Shown here: positions 19,493 through 28,501 of the stretch, one piece after another | How positions within the stretch are numbered: the first letter of the stretch is position 1 | Layout of the letters: the number at the start of each line of letters is the position of its first letter | DNA from: an uncultured Clostridia bacterium | GTDB lineage: Bacteria > Bacillota > Clostridia > Tissierellales > Dethiosulfatibacteraceae | Direction of reading: 5' to 3' | DNA: 64,000 nt | NCBI GenBank assembly: GCA_964539975.1 | Contig: CAZIKK010000002.1 | Location: forward strand, 129,282-193,281 | Translations under genes and position numbers: made by a program | The notes under the pieces: model-generated | What the model was told of the DNA's origin: nothing | The model's input: only the letters and a program-made list of their open reading frames with translations | The model's database searches: none

Positions 19493-20515
19493 CTAAAACT
19501 GGTTCAAAAACCTAATATCATTATCAAACAGCAACCTTATGTCATTAATGCCGTATTTTACCATTGTGATTCGATCTATCCCCATACCAAAAGCATAACC
19601 GCTATATTCTTCCGGGTTAATTCCGCAATTTTCAAGGACATTGGGATGTACCATGCCACAACCAAGCAATTCCATACTCCACCCTGTATAGCTGCAAACT
19701 TCACAACCTTTTCCCATACACTTCAGACAAGACACATCTACCTCAGCGCTTGGTTCAGTGAAAGGAAAGTTGTGAGGCCTAAATCGAGTCATCATCTTGT
19801 CGCCAAACAAAGTTTTTACAAATTTATCTATGGAATCCTTCAAGTTTGCCATTGTGACTCCTTTATCCACTACTAAACACTCCATCTGATGAAACATTGG
19901 AGAGTGTGTATCATCAACATCATCAAACCTGAAAGTCCTACCTGCAGACACAATCCTTATTGGTGGTTTTCTTTCTTTCATCACTCTAATTTGAACGGGA
20001 GAAGTTTGAGTCCGTAATAACAAATTGTCTGTAATGTAGAATGTGTCCGACTTGTCTCTTGATGGGTGGTCTTCTGGTGCATTTAATGCATCAAAGTTAT
20101 TCTCTACGGTGTCTATTTCAGGGCCCTCAACTACATCGTATCCCATGTGTAAGAACAAGTCTTCCAACTCTTTTTTTGTTCTCATCAAAGGGTGTCTGTG
20201 TCCAATTTTTTCATGTTTTCCAGGAATCGTAACATCCAATGTTTCCGCTGACAATCGCTCTCTTTGCTTTGCTTGAAATATTTGTCCTTTAGCTTGTTCT
20301 AATGCCTGATTAATGCTTTCTCTAACTTCATTTGCAACCTTTCCAAAAATAGGTCTCTCTTCTGGTGATAATTGTCCCATCGCTCTAAGTAGCAGCGTTA
20401 GCTCGCCTTTTTTCCCCATTACCTTTACTCTTATGCTTTCAAGTTCTTTTAGTTCATTGGATTTCCGAATTTGCTCCAGTGTATCTCTTTGTATACGTAT
20501 CAGTTTGTCTTGCAT
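19493..20515 (-). CDS. pheS: phenylalanine--tRNA ligase alpha subunit
   Basis: Class II motifs (FRPHNFPFTEPSAEVD, GMGIDRITM); immediately upstream of pheT. Confidence 0.97.
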   Translation of the reverse strand: MQDKLIRIQRDTLEQIRKSNELKELESIRVKVMGKKGELTLLLRAMGQLSPEERPIFGKVANEVRESINQALEQAKGQIFQAKQRERLSAETLDVTIPGKHEKIGHRHPLMRTKKELEDLFLHMGYDVVEGPEIDTVENNFDALNAPEDHPSRDKSDTFYITDNLLLRTQTSPVQIRVMKERKPPIRIVSAGRTFRFDDVDDTHSPMFHQMECLVVDKGVTMANLKDSIDKFVKTLFGDKMMTRFRPHNFPFTEPSAEVDVSCLKCMGKGCEVCSYTGWSMELLGCGMVHPNVLENCGINPEEYSGYAFGMGIDRITMVKYGINDIRLLFDNDIRFLNQF

Positions 20516-20536
20516 TTTAACTCCTTTCTTTTAGTA

Positions 20537-20756
20537 AATAAAAAACACTTCCCTCCATAAGAGGCGAAGTGCCGCGGTACCACTCTTTTTTTTTCTCATT
20601 AAGATAACGGTCATCCCGGATAAACCTACTCGTGTTCAGTCTATCAACTACAGAGTGAAATTGGGTCGATTCAACGAAATGTTCTCAGCCAAGACATTTC
20701 TCTCTTGTAAACAGTAATCAACTTTTTGCTCTGTCATCGTCTTTATAATCTATTTG
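20537..20756 (-). promoter_or_regulatory. T-box leader (Phe, specifier UUC) with terminator/antiterminator
   Basis: The minus strand has a Stem I base GACAGAG...CTCTGT, an AGAGAGA element, specifier TTC-A at 20657-20659, the T-box sequence AGAGTGGTACCGCGG (about 20571-20585), then the terminator CACTTCGCCTC-TTAT-GGAGGGAAGTG plus T6. Confidence 0.88.
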
Positions 20757-20762
20757 AACGCT

Positions 20763-20791
20763 ATTATATCAAATATTCAGATCGTGTTCAA
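20763..20791 (-). promoter_or_regulatory. sigma-A type promoter for the pheST leader
   Basis: TTGAAC-17 nt-TATAAT on the minus strand (-35 at 20786-20791, -10 at 20763-20768). Confidence 0.55.
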
Positions 20792-20807
20792 CACAAATTA
20801 TTCTTTA

Positions 20808-21587
20808 TCAAGAAGATCTGTTTCTATTGTTATTGATGTTTGTAATATGATACAAACAAATACTTGCAGCTACTCCAGCATTTAGTGATTCGGCCTTCCC
20901 ATTCATTCTGATTTTGATTCTCATGTCACTTAATTGTTTAATGCTTGGTTGGATCCCCTTGCTTTCATTGCCAATGACCAAGACACTTTTCCCCATATCA
21001 GCTAATTCGTGAAGATATCTTCCTGCATCTGGGGTAGTGGAGAAAACTTTGTAGCCCAAATCTTTTAAATACTCGAGCATCTCCATATCGTTGTCAACTC
21101 TTATATGTCTGATCCTGTTCAAAGATCCCATTGTTGCGCGTACAACCTTTGGATTATACATATCCACGCAGCCATTATTTATAATCAATGACTCAACTCC
21201 AAAAGCATCGCACGACCGAATGATCGTGCCCAAGTTACCAGGATCTTGAACACCATCAATGTATAGTATAAGTTGGCTTTTTGAAATATCTTCTTTCTTG
21301 AAAAATGACTGGCGTACAACCGCAAGCACTCCTTGCGAGTTGATTGTATCGCTCAATTGATTGAATAGCTCTTTTTTGACAGCAAATGTCTGAAAGCGTC
21401 GATTCCTATCAGTCACACCTTTGTAGTGCTCCGAATAAAGAATGAATTCAATTGGTGCATCGGCTTGAATGTATTCGTTTACCAAAACATCTCCTTCTGC
21501 TATATAGAGATTCATTTTTGTTCTGTGCTTTTTTTCCAATAGTTTTCGCGTTAACTTAATTTTGCTGTTATCATGACTGAGTATCAT
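20808..21587 (-). CDS. TrmH/SpoU-family RNA 2'-O-methyltransferase (YsgA-like)
   Basis: SpoU C-domain (DGVQDPGNLGTIIRS, VIGNESKGI, ESLNAGVAASI). The likely start is MILSHDNSKIKLTRKL at 21587; the longer track ORF would overlap trkA by 77 nt. Confidence 0.88.
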   Translation of the reverse strand: MILSHDNSKIKLTRKLLEKKHRTKMNLYIAEGDVLVNEYIQADAPIEFILYSEHYKGVTDRNRRFQTFAVKKELFNQLSDTINSQGVLAVVRQSFFKKEDISKSQLILYIDGVQDPGNLGTIIRSCDAFGVESLIINNGCVDMYNPKVVRATMGSLNRIRHIRVDNDMEMLEYLKDLGYKVFSTTPDAGRYLHELADMGKSVLVIGNESKGIQPSIKQLSDMRIKIRMNGKAESLNAGVAASICLYHITNINNNRNRSS

Positions 21588-22233
21588 TTTCTTTCTCCAT
21601 TTTTTTAAGGCTTTCATTATCGCCAATGACAATAAGCGTATCCCCACTCTCTACTACGTCCATTGCATTGGGTGAGATGTTTAAATCTTCGCCTGATTTA
21701 ATCGCTATTACAGTGATGCCATATTCATCTGGCAAATGTAGTTCTTTCAGGCGTTTTCCCTCCCATTGCGTTTGAGCCACTACTTCGATAATGCTATAAT
21801 CCGGTGCAAACTCAATGACATCTAAAATATTTGAGGATACAAGGTTATGAGCTACCCTTATTCCCATATCTCTTTCTGGGAATATTACTTTTGTTGCGCC
21901 AATTTTGTATAAAACTTTCCCGTGCAGTTCACTCTGTGCTTTTGCAATGACTTTTTTGACGCCAAGCTCCTGCACAATTAAAGTGCTCATGATGGATGAC
22001 TGGATATCTGATCCAATGGTTACTACTGCCACATCAAAATTACGAATACCGATTGATTTCAAAGCATTCTCATCCGTTGCATCTGCTTGTACTGCATGTG
22101 TGACATAATCTGCAATTTCTTCAATTTTTTCTAAGCTCTTGTCAATCACCAATACTTCATACCCTATTTTATAAAGCGTTTTGGCAACACTTGACCCAAA
22201 TCTTCCACACCCTATTATCACAAATTGTTTCAT
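21571..22233 (-). CDS. trkA: K+ uptake system NAD-binding subunit TrkA/KtrA
   Basis: RCK_N Rossmann fold IIGCGRFGSSVA plus an RCK_C domain; adjacent to trkH. Confidence 0.93.
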   Translation of the reverse strand: MKQFVIIGCGRFGSSVAKTLYKIGYEVLVIDKSLEKIEEIADYVTHAVQADATDENALKSIGIRNFDVAVVTIGSDIQSSIMSTLIVQELGVKKVIAKAQSELHGKVLYKIGATKVIFPERDMGIRVAHNLVSSNILDVIEFAPDYSIIEVVAQTQWEGKRLKELHLPDEYGITVIAIKSGEDLNISPNAMDVVESGDTLIVIGDNESLKKMEKENDTQS

Positions 22234-22242
22234 TGTCTTCTC

Positions 22243-23598
22243 CTAACCCACCATAATTTTTCCTTCAGGATATCTGTGATATCCTTTATTGTAATTTTGC
22301 ATTTTTGCAATGCTAAAAGCTAACGTCAAGGGTCCTAGTCTTCCAACAAACATAGTCAATGTAATCACGATTCTACCTATCGTTGTAAGGTTACCTGTGA
22401 TCCCTCTGCTCAATCCTACTGTTCCAAAAGCTGAAAAAACTTCAAAAACAATATCCAAAAATTCGTTCTCCATTTTCGCTTCTGAAACCAACAATACTAA
22501 AATAACAGCGGTAATCAATACAGCACCTATGACAATCACTGAAATTGCTTTAAAGATTTGTTTTGTTGGTATTCTTCTTCCTCCAAACTCTACATCGTCT
22601 TTTCCTAGCAAATGTTGCGCAACCGCTATCATAACCACTCCGATCGTTGTAGTTTTTACGCCTCCAGCAGTTGAACCAGGGGCCCCCCCAATAAACATCA
22701 AGATCATGACAACAAAAGTTGTGGCATATGTTAAAGAAGCTGTATCTATTGTGTTAAATCCAGCTGTCCTAGGTGTGACCGATAAAAATCCCGATGCCAT
22801 GAATTTGTCTTTCCAGGTTAAAGTGCCTATTGTTTCTGGATTGTTAAATTCAAGGACAAGGACGATCAAAAACGAAAACAAAATGAATCCAAAAGTTAAT
22901 ACCAAAACCAACTGTGTATGGAGTTGAAATTTCTTAAAGCTTTTTTTGTTCACGATGTCTACTATGACGTAAAAGCCTAATCCACCTAAAACTAATAATG
23001 TCATTATAGTAAAGTTGATGACAGGATTGTCTGCATAATCAATTAAGCTATTGCCGAGCAAATCAAAACCTGCGTTGCAAAAAGCTGAAATCGAATGAAA
23101 GATTGAGAACCATAAGCCCTGAGAAACACCAAAGTCCCTGACAAATACAATAGATAAAAATACAACGCCAATAGTTTCTAAACAAATCGTAACCAATAGA
23201 ACACGTTTTGTTAATAGTACGATGCCTTGCAAAGTGGAAACATTCATCTCTTCTTGCATCAACAGGCGATCTTTCAATGTGATTTTCTTGCCTAACATAA
23301 AAGCGATGAGTGTTGCCATTGTCATAATCCCCAGTCCTCCTGCTTGTATGAGTAATAAGATGACAATTTGTCCAAACAAAGACCAGTATGTTGATGTATT
23401 CACTACTGTCAACCCTGTCACACAAACAGCTGAAGCAGATGTGAATAAAGCATCTACAACCCCAATACTGTTACCATCTGCAGAAGCAATGGGTAGGTTC
23501 AATAGCATTGTTCCCACAGCAATAAGCATTGCAAATGATAATAGCAAAAAATATGAAGGATTCATTTTCGCACCTGAGAGAACATTTTTTCTAGTCAT
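22243..23598 (-). CDS. trkH: K+ transporter membrane subunit TrkH/KtrB
   Basis: Repeated M1-P-M2 pore units with selectivity glycines (VCVTGL, CNAGFD, RTAGFN, GTVGLS). Start is either 23598 or the ATG at 23565. Confidence 0.92.
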   Translation of the reverse strand: MTRKNVLSGAKMNPSYFLLLSFAMLIAVGTMLLNLPIASADGNSIGVVDALFTSASAVCVTGLTVVNTSTYWSLFGQIVILLLIQAGGLGIMTMATLIAFMLGKKITLKDRLLMQEEMNVSTLQGIVLLTKRVLLVTICLETIGVVFLSIVFVRDFGVSQGLWFSIFHSISAFCNAGFDLLGNSLIDYADNPVINFTIMTLLVLGGLGFYVIVDIVNKKSFKKFQLHTQLVLVLTFGFILFSFLIVLVLEFNNPETIGTLTWKDKFMASGFLSVTPRTAGFNTIDTASLTYATTFVVMILMFIGGAPGSTAGGVKTTTIGVVMIAVAQHLLGKDDVEFGGRRIPTKQIFKAISVIVIGAVLITAVILVLLVSEAKMENEFLDIVFEVFSAFGTVGLSRGITGNLTTIGRIVITLTMFVGRLGPLTLAFSIAKMQNYNKGYHRYPEGKIMVG

Positions 23599-23657
23599 AT
23601 ACCCGCCTTGCTATGGAGTTATTATTCATTATATCATTGCTATATCGGTTGATAAAG

Positions 23658-23683
23658 AAAAAAAATAACCGCATATACGGCTA
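23658..23683 (-). terminator. weak intrinsic terminator after rplT
   Basis: The minus strand reads AGCCGT-ATAT-GCGGTT (6 bp with two wobbles) followed by T8, directly after the rplT stop. Confidence 0.4.
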
Positions 23684-23691
23684 TTCTTTTA

Positions 23692-24036
23692 CTATTTAAC
23701 CATTTCAACCAATTGTTTGAATCCCATCTCATCGTTAACTGCCATATCAGCCAACATCTTTCTGTTGATCTCAATATTGTGGTTTTTTAGTCCGTTTATG
23801 AATTTATTGTATGACAATCCATTTACTCTAGCTGCCGCATTGATTCTAGTAATCCACAATCTTCTAAACTCTCTTTTTCTAAGTTTTCTACCCACATATG
23901 CATATGATAATGACTTCATGACTGCTTGATTAGCTGTCTTGAACTGCTTACTTTTTGCTCCGTAGTAGCCTTTAGCCATTTTTAAAATCTTTTTATGTCT
24001 TTTTTTTGCGTTGACCGCTTTCTTAACTCTAGCCAT
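23692..24036 (-). CDS. rplT: 50S ribosomal protein L20
   Basis: [19 protein letters not shown]...[19 protein letters not shown]. Confidence 0.98.
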   Translation of the reverse strand: MARVKKAVNAKKRHKKILKMAKGYYGAKSKQFKTANQAVMKSLSYAYVGRKLRKREFRRLWITRINAAARVNGLSYNKFINGLKNHNIEINRKMLADMAVNDEMGFKQLVEMVK

Positions 24037-24053
24037 AGTTATGCCTCCTCCTA

Positions 24054-24248
24054 TTAATAGGGTATCAATTTGCTAATTCTTTTAAAGTCACCATCTGACA
24101 CCAAGCTACCCTGTCTTAAACTTCTAACTTGTTTTCCTGACTTTTTGCCGGTAAAGTGATTTTTACCAGCTTGCGCTCTTTTTATTTTCCCGCTGCCCGT
24201 TTTTTTAAATCTTTTGGCAGCTCCTCTATTTGTTTTAATCTTAGGCAT
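24054..24248 (-). CDS. rpmI: 50S ribosomal protein L35
   Basis: [24 protein letters not shown], 64 aa. Confidence 0.98.
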   Translation of the reverse strand: MPKIKTNRGAAKRFKKTGSGKIKRAQAGKNHFTGKKSGKQVRSLRQGSLVSDGDFKRISKLIPY

Positions 24249-24271
24249 GCAAAATCCTCCTCGCTATTTTG

Positions 24272-24778
24272 TTAACTTTTTGAGTTTAAAAACATCACCA
24301 TCTGACGCCCTTCCATCTTTGGTGGTTTGTCGACTACAGAAAAATCTGATGTTGCTTCAATGAATCTCAGCAATACTTCTCGTCCAATATTGGTATGTCC
24401 TAACTGGCGTCCTCTAAATCGAACAACCACTTTAACTCTGTCTCCCTTTTCAAGAAACTTAACTGCATTTTTAATTTTAACCTGTAAGTCGTGTTCATCG
24501 ATATTGGGTGTCATTCTAATTTCTTTAACTGTGATTACTTTCTGCTTCTTTTTTGACTCTTTTTCTTTCTTTGTCAATTCATACTTGTACTTGCCATAAT
24601 CCATAATCCTACATACTGCGGGATTTGCATTCGGGGACACTTTTACCAAATCAAGTTTTCTTTCCTCAGCTAATCTAATAGCTTCTCTTGTTGCAACCAC
24701 TCCGAGTTGACTTCCATCCTCGTCAATTACTCGTACTTCTTTGTCCTTGATTTGACCATTAATATCAAGTTCTTTAAT
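24272..24778 (-). CDS. infC: translation initiation factor IF-3 (ATT start codon)
   Basis: The track ORF begins at an internal GTG (24700). The frame continues upstream as IKELDINGQIKDKEVRVIDEDGSQLGV, which is the normal IF-3 N-domain. GGAGGTG (24784-24790) is followed by in-frame ATT at 24778 (or 24781), and no ATG/GTG/TTG is available. Confidence 0.9.
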   Translation of the reverse strand: MKELDINGQIKDKEVRVIDEDGSQLGVVATREAIRLAEERKLDLVKVSPNANPAVCRIMDYGKYKYELTKKEKESKKKQKVITVKEIRMTPNIDEHDLQVKIKNAVKFLEKGDRVKVVVRFRGRQLGHTNIGREVLLRFIEATSDFSVVDKPPKMEGRQMVMFLNSKS

Positions 24779-24790
24779 AATTACACCTCC

Positions 24791-24901
24791 TAAAAATATA
24801 AAAAAAGACAGCGAAACCCGCTATCTCTAAAAGCCTATAGAACAACCATACTAGCTGCAAACTGCGCCGTAAGGTGAGAAGCGGATACTTCTTCTTTGCA
24901 C
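24791..24901 (-). promoter_or_regulatory. structured infC leader with attenuator hairpin (L20-leader-like)
   Basis: 5' UTR with a long-range TGCAAAG...TTTGCA pairing, an inner hairpin GAAGAAG..CTTCTC, then GATAGCG-GGTTT-CGCTGTC plus T7 just before the SD. The position and logic match the L20-responsive leader of Firmicutes infC operons. No covariance model was run. Confidence 0.5.
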
Positions 24902-24907
24902 TCATAC

Positions 24908-24936
24908 ATAATACTTTATATACAACTATTTGTCAA
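24908..24936 (-). promoter_or_regulatory. sigma-A type promoter of the infC-rpmI-rplT operon
   Basis: TTGACA-17 nt-TATTAT on the minus strand (-35 at 24931-24936, -10 at 24908-24913). Confidence 0.6.
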
Positions 24937-24949
24937 GCAATATTAATAA

Positions 24950-26071
24950 TCACCTAAGATAATCCATTGGTTCTGTATGTTCTCCATTTATTCTGACTTC
25001 AAAATGAAGGTGTGGACCAGTCGACATACCTGTTGTTCCAGAATAAGCTACCAATTGCCCTTTCGTAACTGTTTGACCTTCGCTCACAACTACGCTTGTA
25101 TTGTGGGCATAAAGCGTTGAAATGCCTCCTCCATGATCAATAAGAACGATATTCCCATAGGCGCCATACCAACCTGCATAGTTCACAACACCCGAGTTGG
25201 ACGCAACAATTTTTTGGTTCATCGGCACTCTAAGATCAACTCCTGTATGCATGCTCCAGTACCCATATAGAGGATGTGGCCTCATGCCATAGGGCGATGT
25301 AATCGTAAAGTATCCTGGAGCCGGCCATGACATTTCACCTCCTGCATACTGCATTTCAAGTTGTGCTTGCAGTATTCTTCTTTCGATTTCTTTGGATGCT
25401 TCTAGTAATTTTTCTTCTTGCGCTTGCAATTCTTCGATATTGTCAACAATTGACCTCATATAGGTTTCTTTTGCTCGACTCGCCACTTCAATGTCTCTTT
25501 TCTTGAGGCGTACATCTTCCATGGCTAAGTAGAAATTATTCTTTTCGTTTTCTAAGGACATTTGCGCAATCTCAAGATCTACATATTGCTGTTCAAGATC
25601 TTCAAGAATGTTCACATCATTTCTAACAATCCTTTGGATCATATCTATTCTTGTCAAAAAATCCCCCATGTCACTTGCATTGAAAAGAACCTCTAAGTAT
25701 CCAACCGCGCCATTTTTATACATTGTTCTCAATCTTTGTTCCAATAATTCTGTTGTGACTTCAATATCGGATTGTATCGATTCGATTTCTATTTCTATCT
25801 CAGAGATATTGTTCTCAATAGTTGCCAATTCAATCTCAAGTTTTAATTCTTCATGGGTCAATTCAAGGATTTGTCTGTCAAGCTGATTTATTTCATACTG
25901 TACCGTATCTTTTTCTCCGATAGCTTCTTGTAATTGGCTAGTCAGTTGATTAATTTCTCTTTCTTGCCTTTCCAATTCTTTCTCCAAGTCGCTTATTCGG
26001 GACGCGCCTGCTGTCAAAACCAGAGAGGCTACAATGAGAATCGTAATAATCACACGAAAAAACTGTTTCAT
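24950..26071 (-). CDS. coiled-coil M23 (LytM) peptidoglycan endopeptidase, FtsEX-associated type
   Basis: Signal peptide MKQFFRVIITILIVASLVLTAGAS, about 220 aa of heptad-rich coiled coil, and a C-terminal M23 domain with intact HTGVD and HLHFE metal ligands. Confidence 0.9.
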   Translation of the reverse strand: MKQFFRVIITILIVASLVLTAGASRISDLEKELERQEREINQLTSQLQEAIGEKDTVQYEINQLDRQILELTHEELKLEIELATIENNISEIEIEIESIQSDIEVTTELLEQRLRTMYKNGAVGYLEVLFNASDMGDFLTRIDMIQRIVRNDVNILEDLEQQYVDLEIAQMSLENEKNNFYLAMEDVRLKKRDIEVASRAKETYMRSIVDNIEELQAQEEKLLEASKEIERRILQAQLEMQYAGGEMSWPAPGYFTITSPYGMRPHPLYGYWSMHTGVDLRVPMNQKIVASNSGVVNYAGWYGAYGNIVLIDHGGGISTLYAHNTSVVVSEGQTVTKGQLVAYSGTTGMSTGPHLHFEVRINGEHTEPMDYLR

Positions 26072-26081
26072 GAAAACCTCC

Positions 26082-26978
26082 TTAAACACTCAAAAATTTC
26101 TTTAATGATACGATGCTTCCCAAAACGCCAATTCCAACTCCTATCGTTACGAAAATAATCAAAATATCCATCGTAATCAAATTAGAAGGAACCAAATAAA
26201 CTGACATCATCGCAAAAAGTTTTTCGTTGGCATACGACACCAGATAGTCGTACCCATTTAATACAATCGTTATGGCAAAAACTGCCCCCAACATCCCTAA
26301 AACAATCCCTTCTAAGATAAATGGCCCCCTAACAAAGCCATTAGAAGCTCCAATGTACTGCATTAGTTCAATCTCTGTTTTCCTTGAAGCAACAGTAATT
26401 TTGATCGTATTTTGAATGATAAATATACTAACCAAAAGGAGTATGACAATCATCACCATTCCAAATAACTGGATCATTTCGGCAGTACTGATAAGTTTCT
26501 CAATGATATCACTATAATATTTAACTTCCTCCACACCTGATTTCTGTTCAACTTGCTTCACAAGAGGATCTGCATAAGAAACATCTCGTAGTTGAACAAC
26601 GTATGTGTTGGGTAATGGATTGTTTGCCAATCCTTCCAGCAATCGACCGTCCTCGCCCCACTCTTCTTTCATCTGTTCGAGAGCGTATTCCTTTGATTGG
26701 AAGACAACAGACAGCGTCCCATCAATGGCACTAATTTCTTCACCAATTTCTCGAATTCTTTGGCTGCTTACGTCATCATCTAGGTAAATATAAATTTCAT
26801 CAAACTTTTCTTTTGTAGACTCAGAAATAGCACTAATGTTCAAAATCACCATCAATACTAAACCAAGTATCACCAAAACGGCTGCAACTGAACCCACAGA
26901 AGCAACGCTCATGGTCCTATTTCTAAGTATGCCTTGAAATCCTTGTTTTACGGTATGTTTTAGGATTCTAGATATCAT
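26082..26978 (-). CDS. ftsX: cell division ABC transporter permease-like FtsX
   Basis: 4 TM with a large first extracellular loop; the start MISRILKHTVKQGF at 26978 overlaps the ftsE stop. Confidence 0.92.
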   Translation of the reverse strand: MISRILKHTVKQGFQGILRNRTMSVASVGSVAAVLVILGLVLMVILNISAISESTKEKFDEIYIYLDDDVSSQRIREIGEEISAIDGTLSVVFQSKEYALEQMKEEWGEDGRLLEGLANNPLPNTYVVQLRDVSYADPLVKQVEQKSGVEEVKYYSDIIEKLISTAEMIQLFGMVMIVILLLVSIFIIQNTIKITVASRKTEIELMQYIGASNGFVRGPFILEGIVLGMLGAVFAITIVLNGYDYLVSYANEKLFAMMSVYLVPSNLITMDILIIFVTIGVGIGVLGSIVSLKKFLSV

Positions 26979-27669
26979 GATAATAATCCCCTTCCACTGT
27001 GTCTCTGATGATCTTTCCATTTTTCAACTCGATCACTCTTTTTTTCATTGTGTCTACTATGGCTCTATCATGAGTTACCATAAGAAGGGTTGTGCCTCTT
27101 CTGTTAATCTCAGAAAAAATCTTCATTATCTCATAAGACGTCTCCGGATCTAAGTTACCAGTCGGTTCATCTGCAATTATCAATTCAGGTTTGTTGACAA
27201 CAGCTCTTGCTATAGCGATTCTTTGTTGCTCTCCTCCTGCCAATTCATTCGGAAAATTATTCGCCTTGTCACTCAGACCCACCATGCTTAAAACTGTCGG
27301 GACTTCTCTTCTGATGTTTTTTGGAGATTGCCCAACCATCTCCATTGCAAATGCAATGTTCTCATAAACTGTCTTTTTATTTAATAATCGAAAGTCTTGA
27401 AAAATGACGCCCACCTTTCGCCTATGAATGGGGATTTTTCTATTGCTCAAATAGGTGATATCCTCACCATTAAACACAATCTGCCCTTCTGTCGGGTCAA
27501 CTTCTTTTATTAATAATTTAATAAGTGTTGTTTTCCCTGCTCCACTTTTCCCAACTACAAACGAAAAACTACCTTTCTCGATCGATAAATTGATATCTTT
27601 GACTGCAGTAAATTTATTTTTATACACTTTAGTTACATTACGAAATTCAAACATTATCTTCTCCGTCAT
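26968..27669 (-). CDS. ftsE: cell division ATP-binding protein FtsE
   Basis: Walker A GKSGAGKTT, signature LAGGEQQR, Walker B LIIADEPTGNLD. An alternative start MFEFRNV at 27654 has the better SD (GGAG). Confidence 0.95.
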   Translation of the reverse strand: MTEKIMFEFRNVTKVYKNKFTAVKDINLSIEKGSFSFVVGKSGAGKTTLIKLLIKEVDPTEGQIVFNGEDITYLSNRKIPIHRRKVGVIFQDFRLLNKKTVYENIAFAMEMVGQSPKNIRREVPTVLSMVGLSDKANNFPNELAGGEQQRIAIARAVVNKPELIIADEPTGNLDPETSYEIMKIFSEINRRGTTLLMVTHDRAIVDTMKKRVIELKNGKIIRDTVEGDYYHDI

Positions 27670-27709
27670 CCCATTCCCTACTTATATTCTACAGGTTTTC
27701 CCTGATTTT

Positions 27710-28501
27710 TCAATCTTTTTTTAACTTTCTCACAATATCTTTTGAACCAAACATGATTTTTATTATGAATTCTGGTAGCATGATTTGTCTTTTTATTCGT
27801 TTAGGATCTTTCACAAGTCTATAAAGCCATTCAAGTCCTATTTTTTGAAAAACCACGGGTGCTCTTCTGACTTGTCCTGACAATACGTCAATTGTTCCGC
27901 CATTTCCGATTATTGTGTTGGTGTTTACAAGTGATTGGTTGGAGTAAATCCATTGCTCTTGATTTGGTGAACCTAATCCAACAAATAATATATCTGCTCC
28001 TGATCTATTGATCTGTTCAATAACTACCGCTTCTTCACCATCTCCTGGAGCTCCTAGGTGCACCCCTTTAAAATAGCCATGATGGCAACCTACAACAATT
28101 CCTTCATGGGATTCATTCAGTTTTTTCATCGCTAATTCGGCAACTCCCGGTTTCCCACCTAATAAAAAAACTTTCTTGTTGTGTTTTTTTGCGACTTCAA
28201 CCAAGGCTAAAGATGTGTCAACTCCTGTGACTCTTTCTTTGAGTGGTACTCGTTTTAGTTTTGAACCCACGACAAGACCTATGCCATCAGGCAATACCAA
28301 GTCACCTTGTCGAATAATACTTGATAACTTTTCATTTTTTTGACACATCATAACAATTTCTGTATTAGGTGTGTAAATAATTGTTTTTTTATTATTCGTT
28401 ACCCTTTCTGTTAATAGGTCAACCGTCTCTTCATTACTCAGATTGCTTATAGGTACACCCATTATGGAGATTCTTTCGATTTTATTTTTGAAAGAGTTCA
28501 T
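27710..28501 (-). CDS. tagA: WecG/TagA/CpsF-family glycosyltransferase (ManNAc transferase type)
   Basis: IMGVPISNLS, TPNTEIVM, LPDGIGLV, FLLGGKPGVAE, GLGSPNQEQW, GLEWLYRL: the GT26 signature blocks. Confidence 0.88.
   Translation of the reverse strand: MNSFKNKIERISIMGVPISNLSNEETVDLLTERVTNNKKTIIYTPNTEIVMMCQKNEKLSSIIRQGDLVLPDGIGLVVGSKLKRVPLKERVTGVDTSLALVEVAKKHNKKVFLLGGKPGVAELAMKKLNESHEGIVVGCHHGYFKGVHLGAPGDGEEAVVIEQINRSGADILFVGLGSPNQEQWIYSNQSLVNTNTIIGNGGTIDVLSGQVRRAPVVFQKIGLEWLYRLVKDPKRIKRQIMLPEFIIKIMFGSKDIVRKLKKD

Noticed and set aside
22310-23668. Plus-strand ORFs of 205 aa and 148 aa, and a 120-aa minus-strand alternative frame, inside trkH
   Set aside because: They are fully nested in the TrkH/KtrB frame, which has clear pore-loop motifs. 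They show no ribosome-binding sites, and their composition is what a hydrophobic gene gives on its antisense strand.
23599-23691. Possible c-di-AMP (ydaO-type) riboswitch upstream of trkH
   Set aside because: The gap is only 93 nt and is already occupied by the rplT terminator and an extended -10 promoter (TGATATAAT). That leaves no room for the pseudo-symmetric riboswitch of about 130 nt.
24901-24930. AT-rich segment CATACATAATACTTTATATACAAC resembling part of a Firmicutes dif site
   Set aside because: Only an 8-nt core (ACATAATA) matches my recollection of the B. subtilis dif sequence. The segment is fully explained as the spacer and -10 of the infC promoter.
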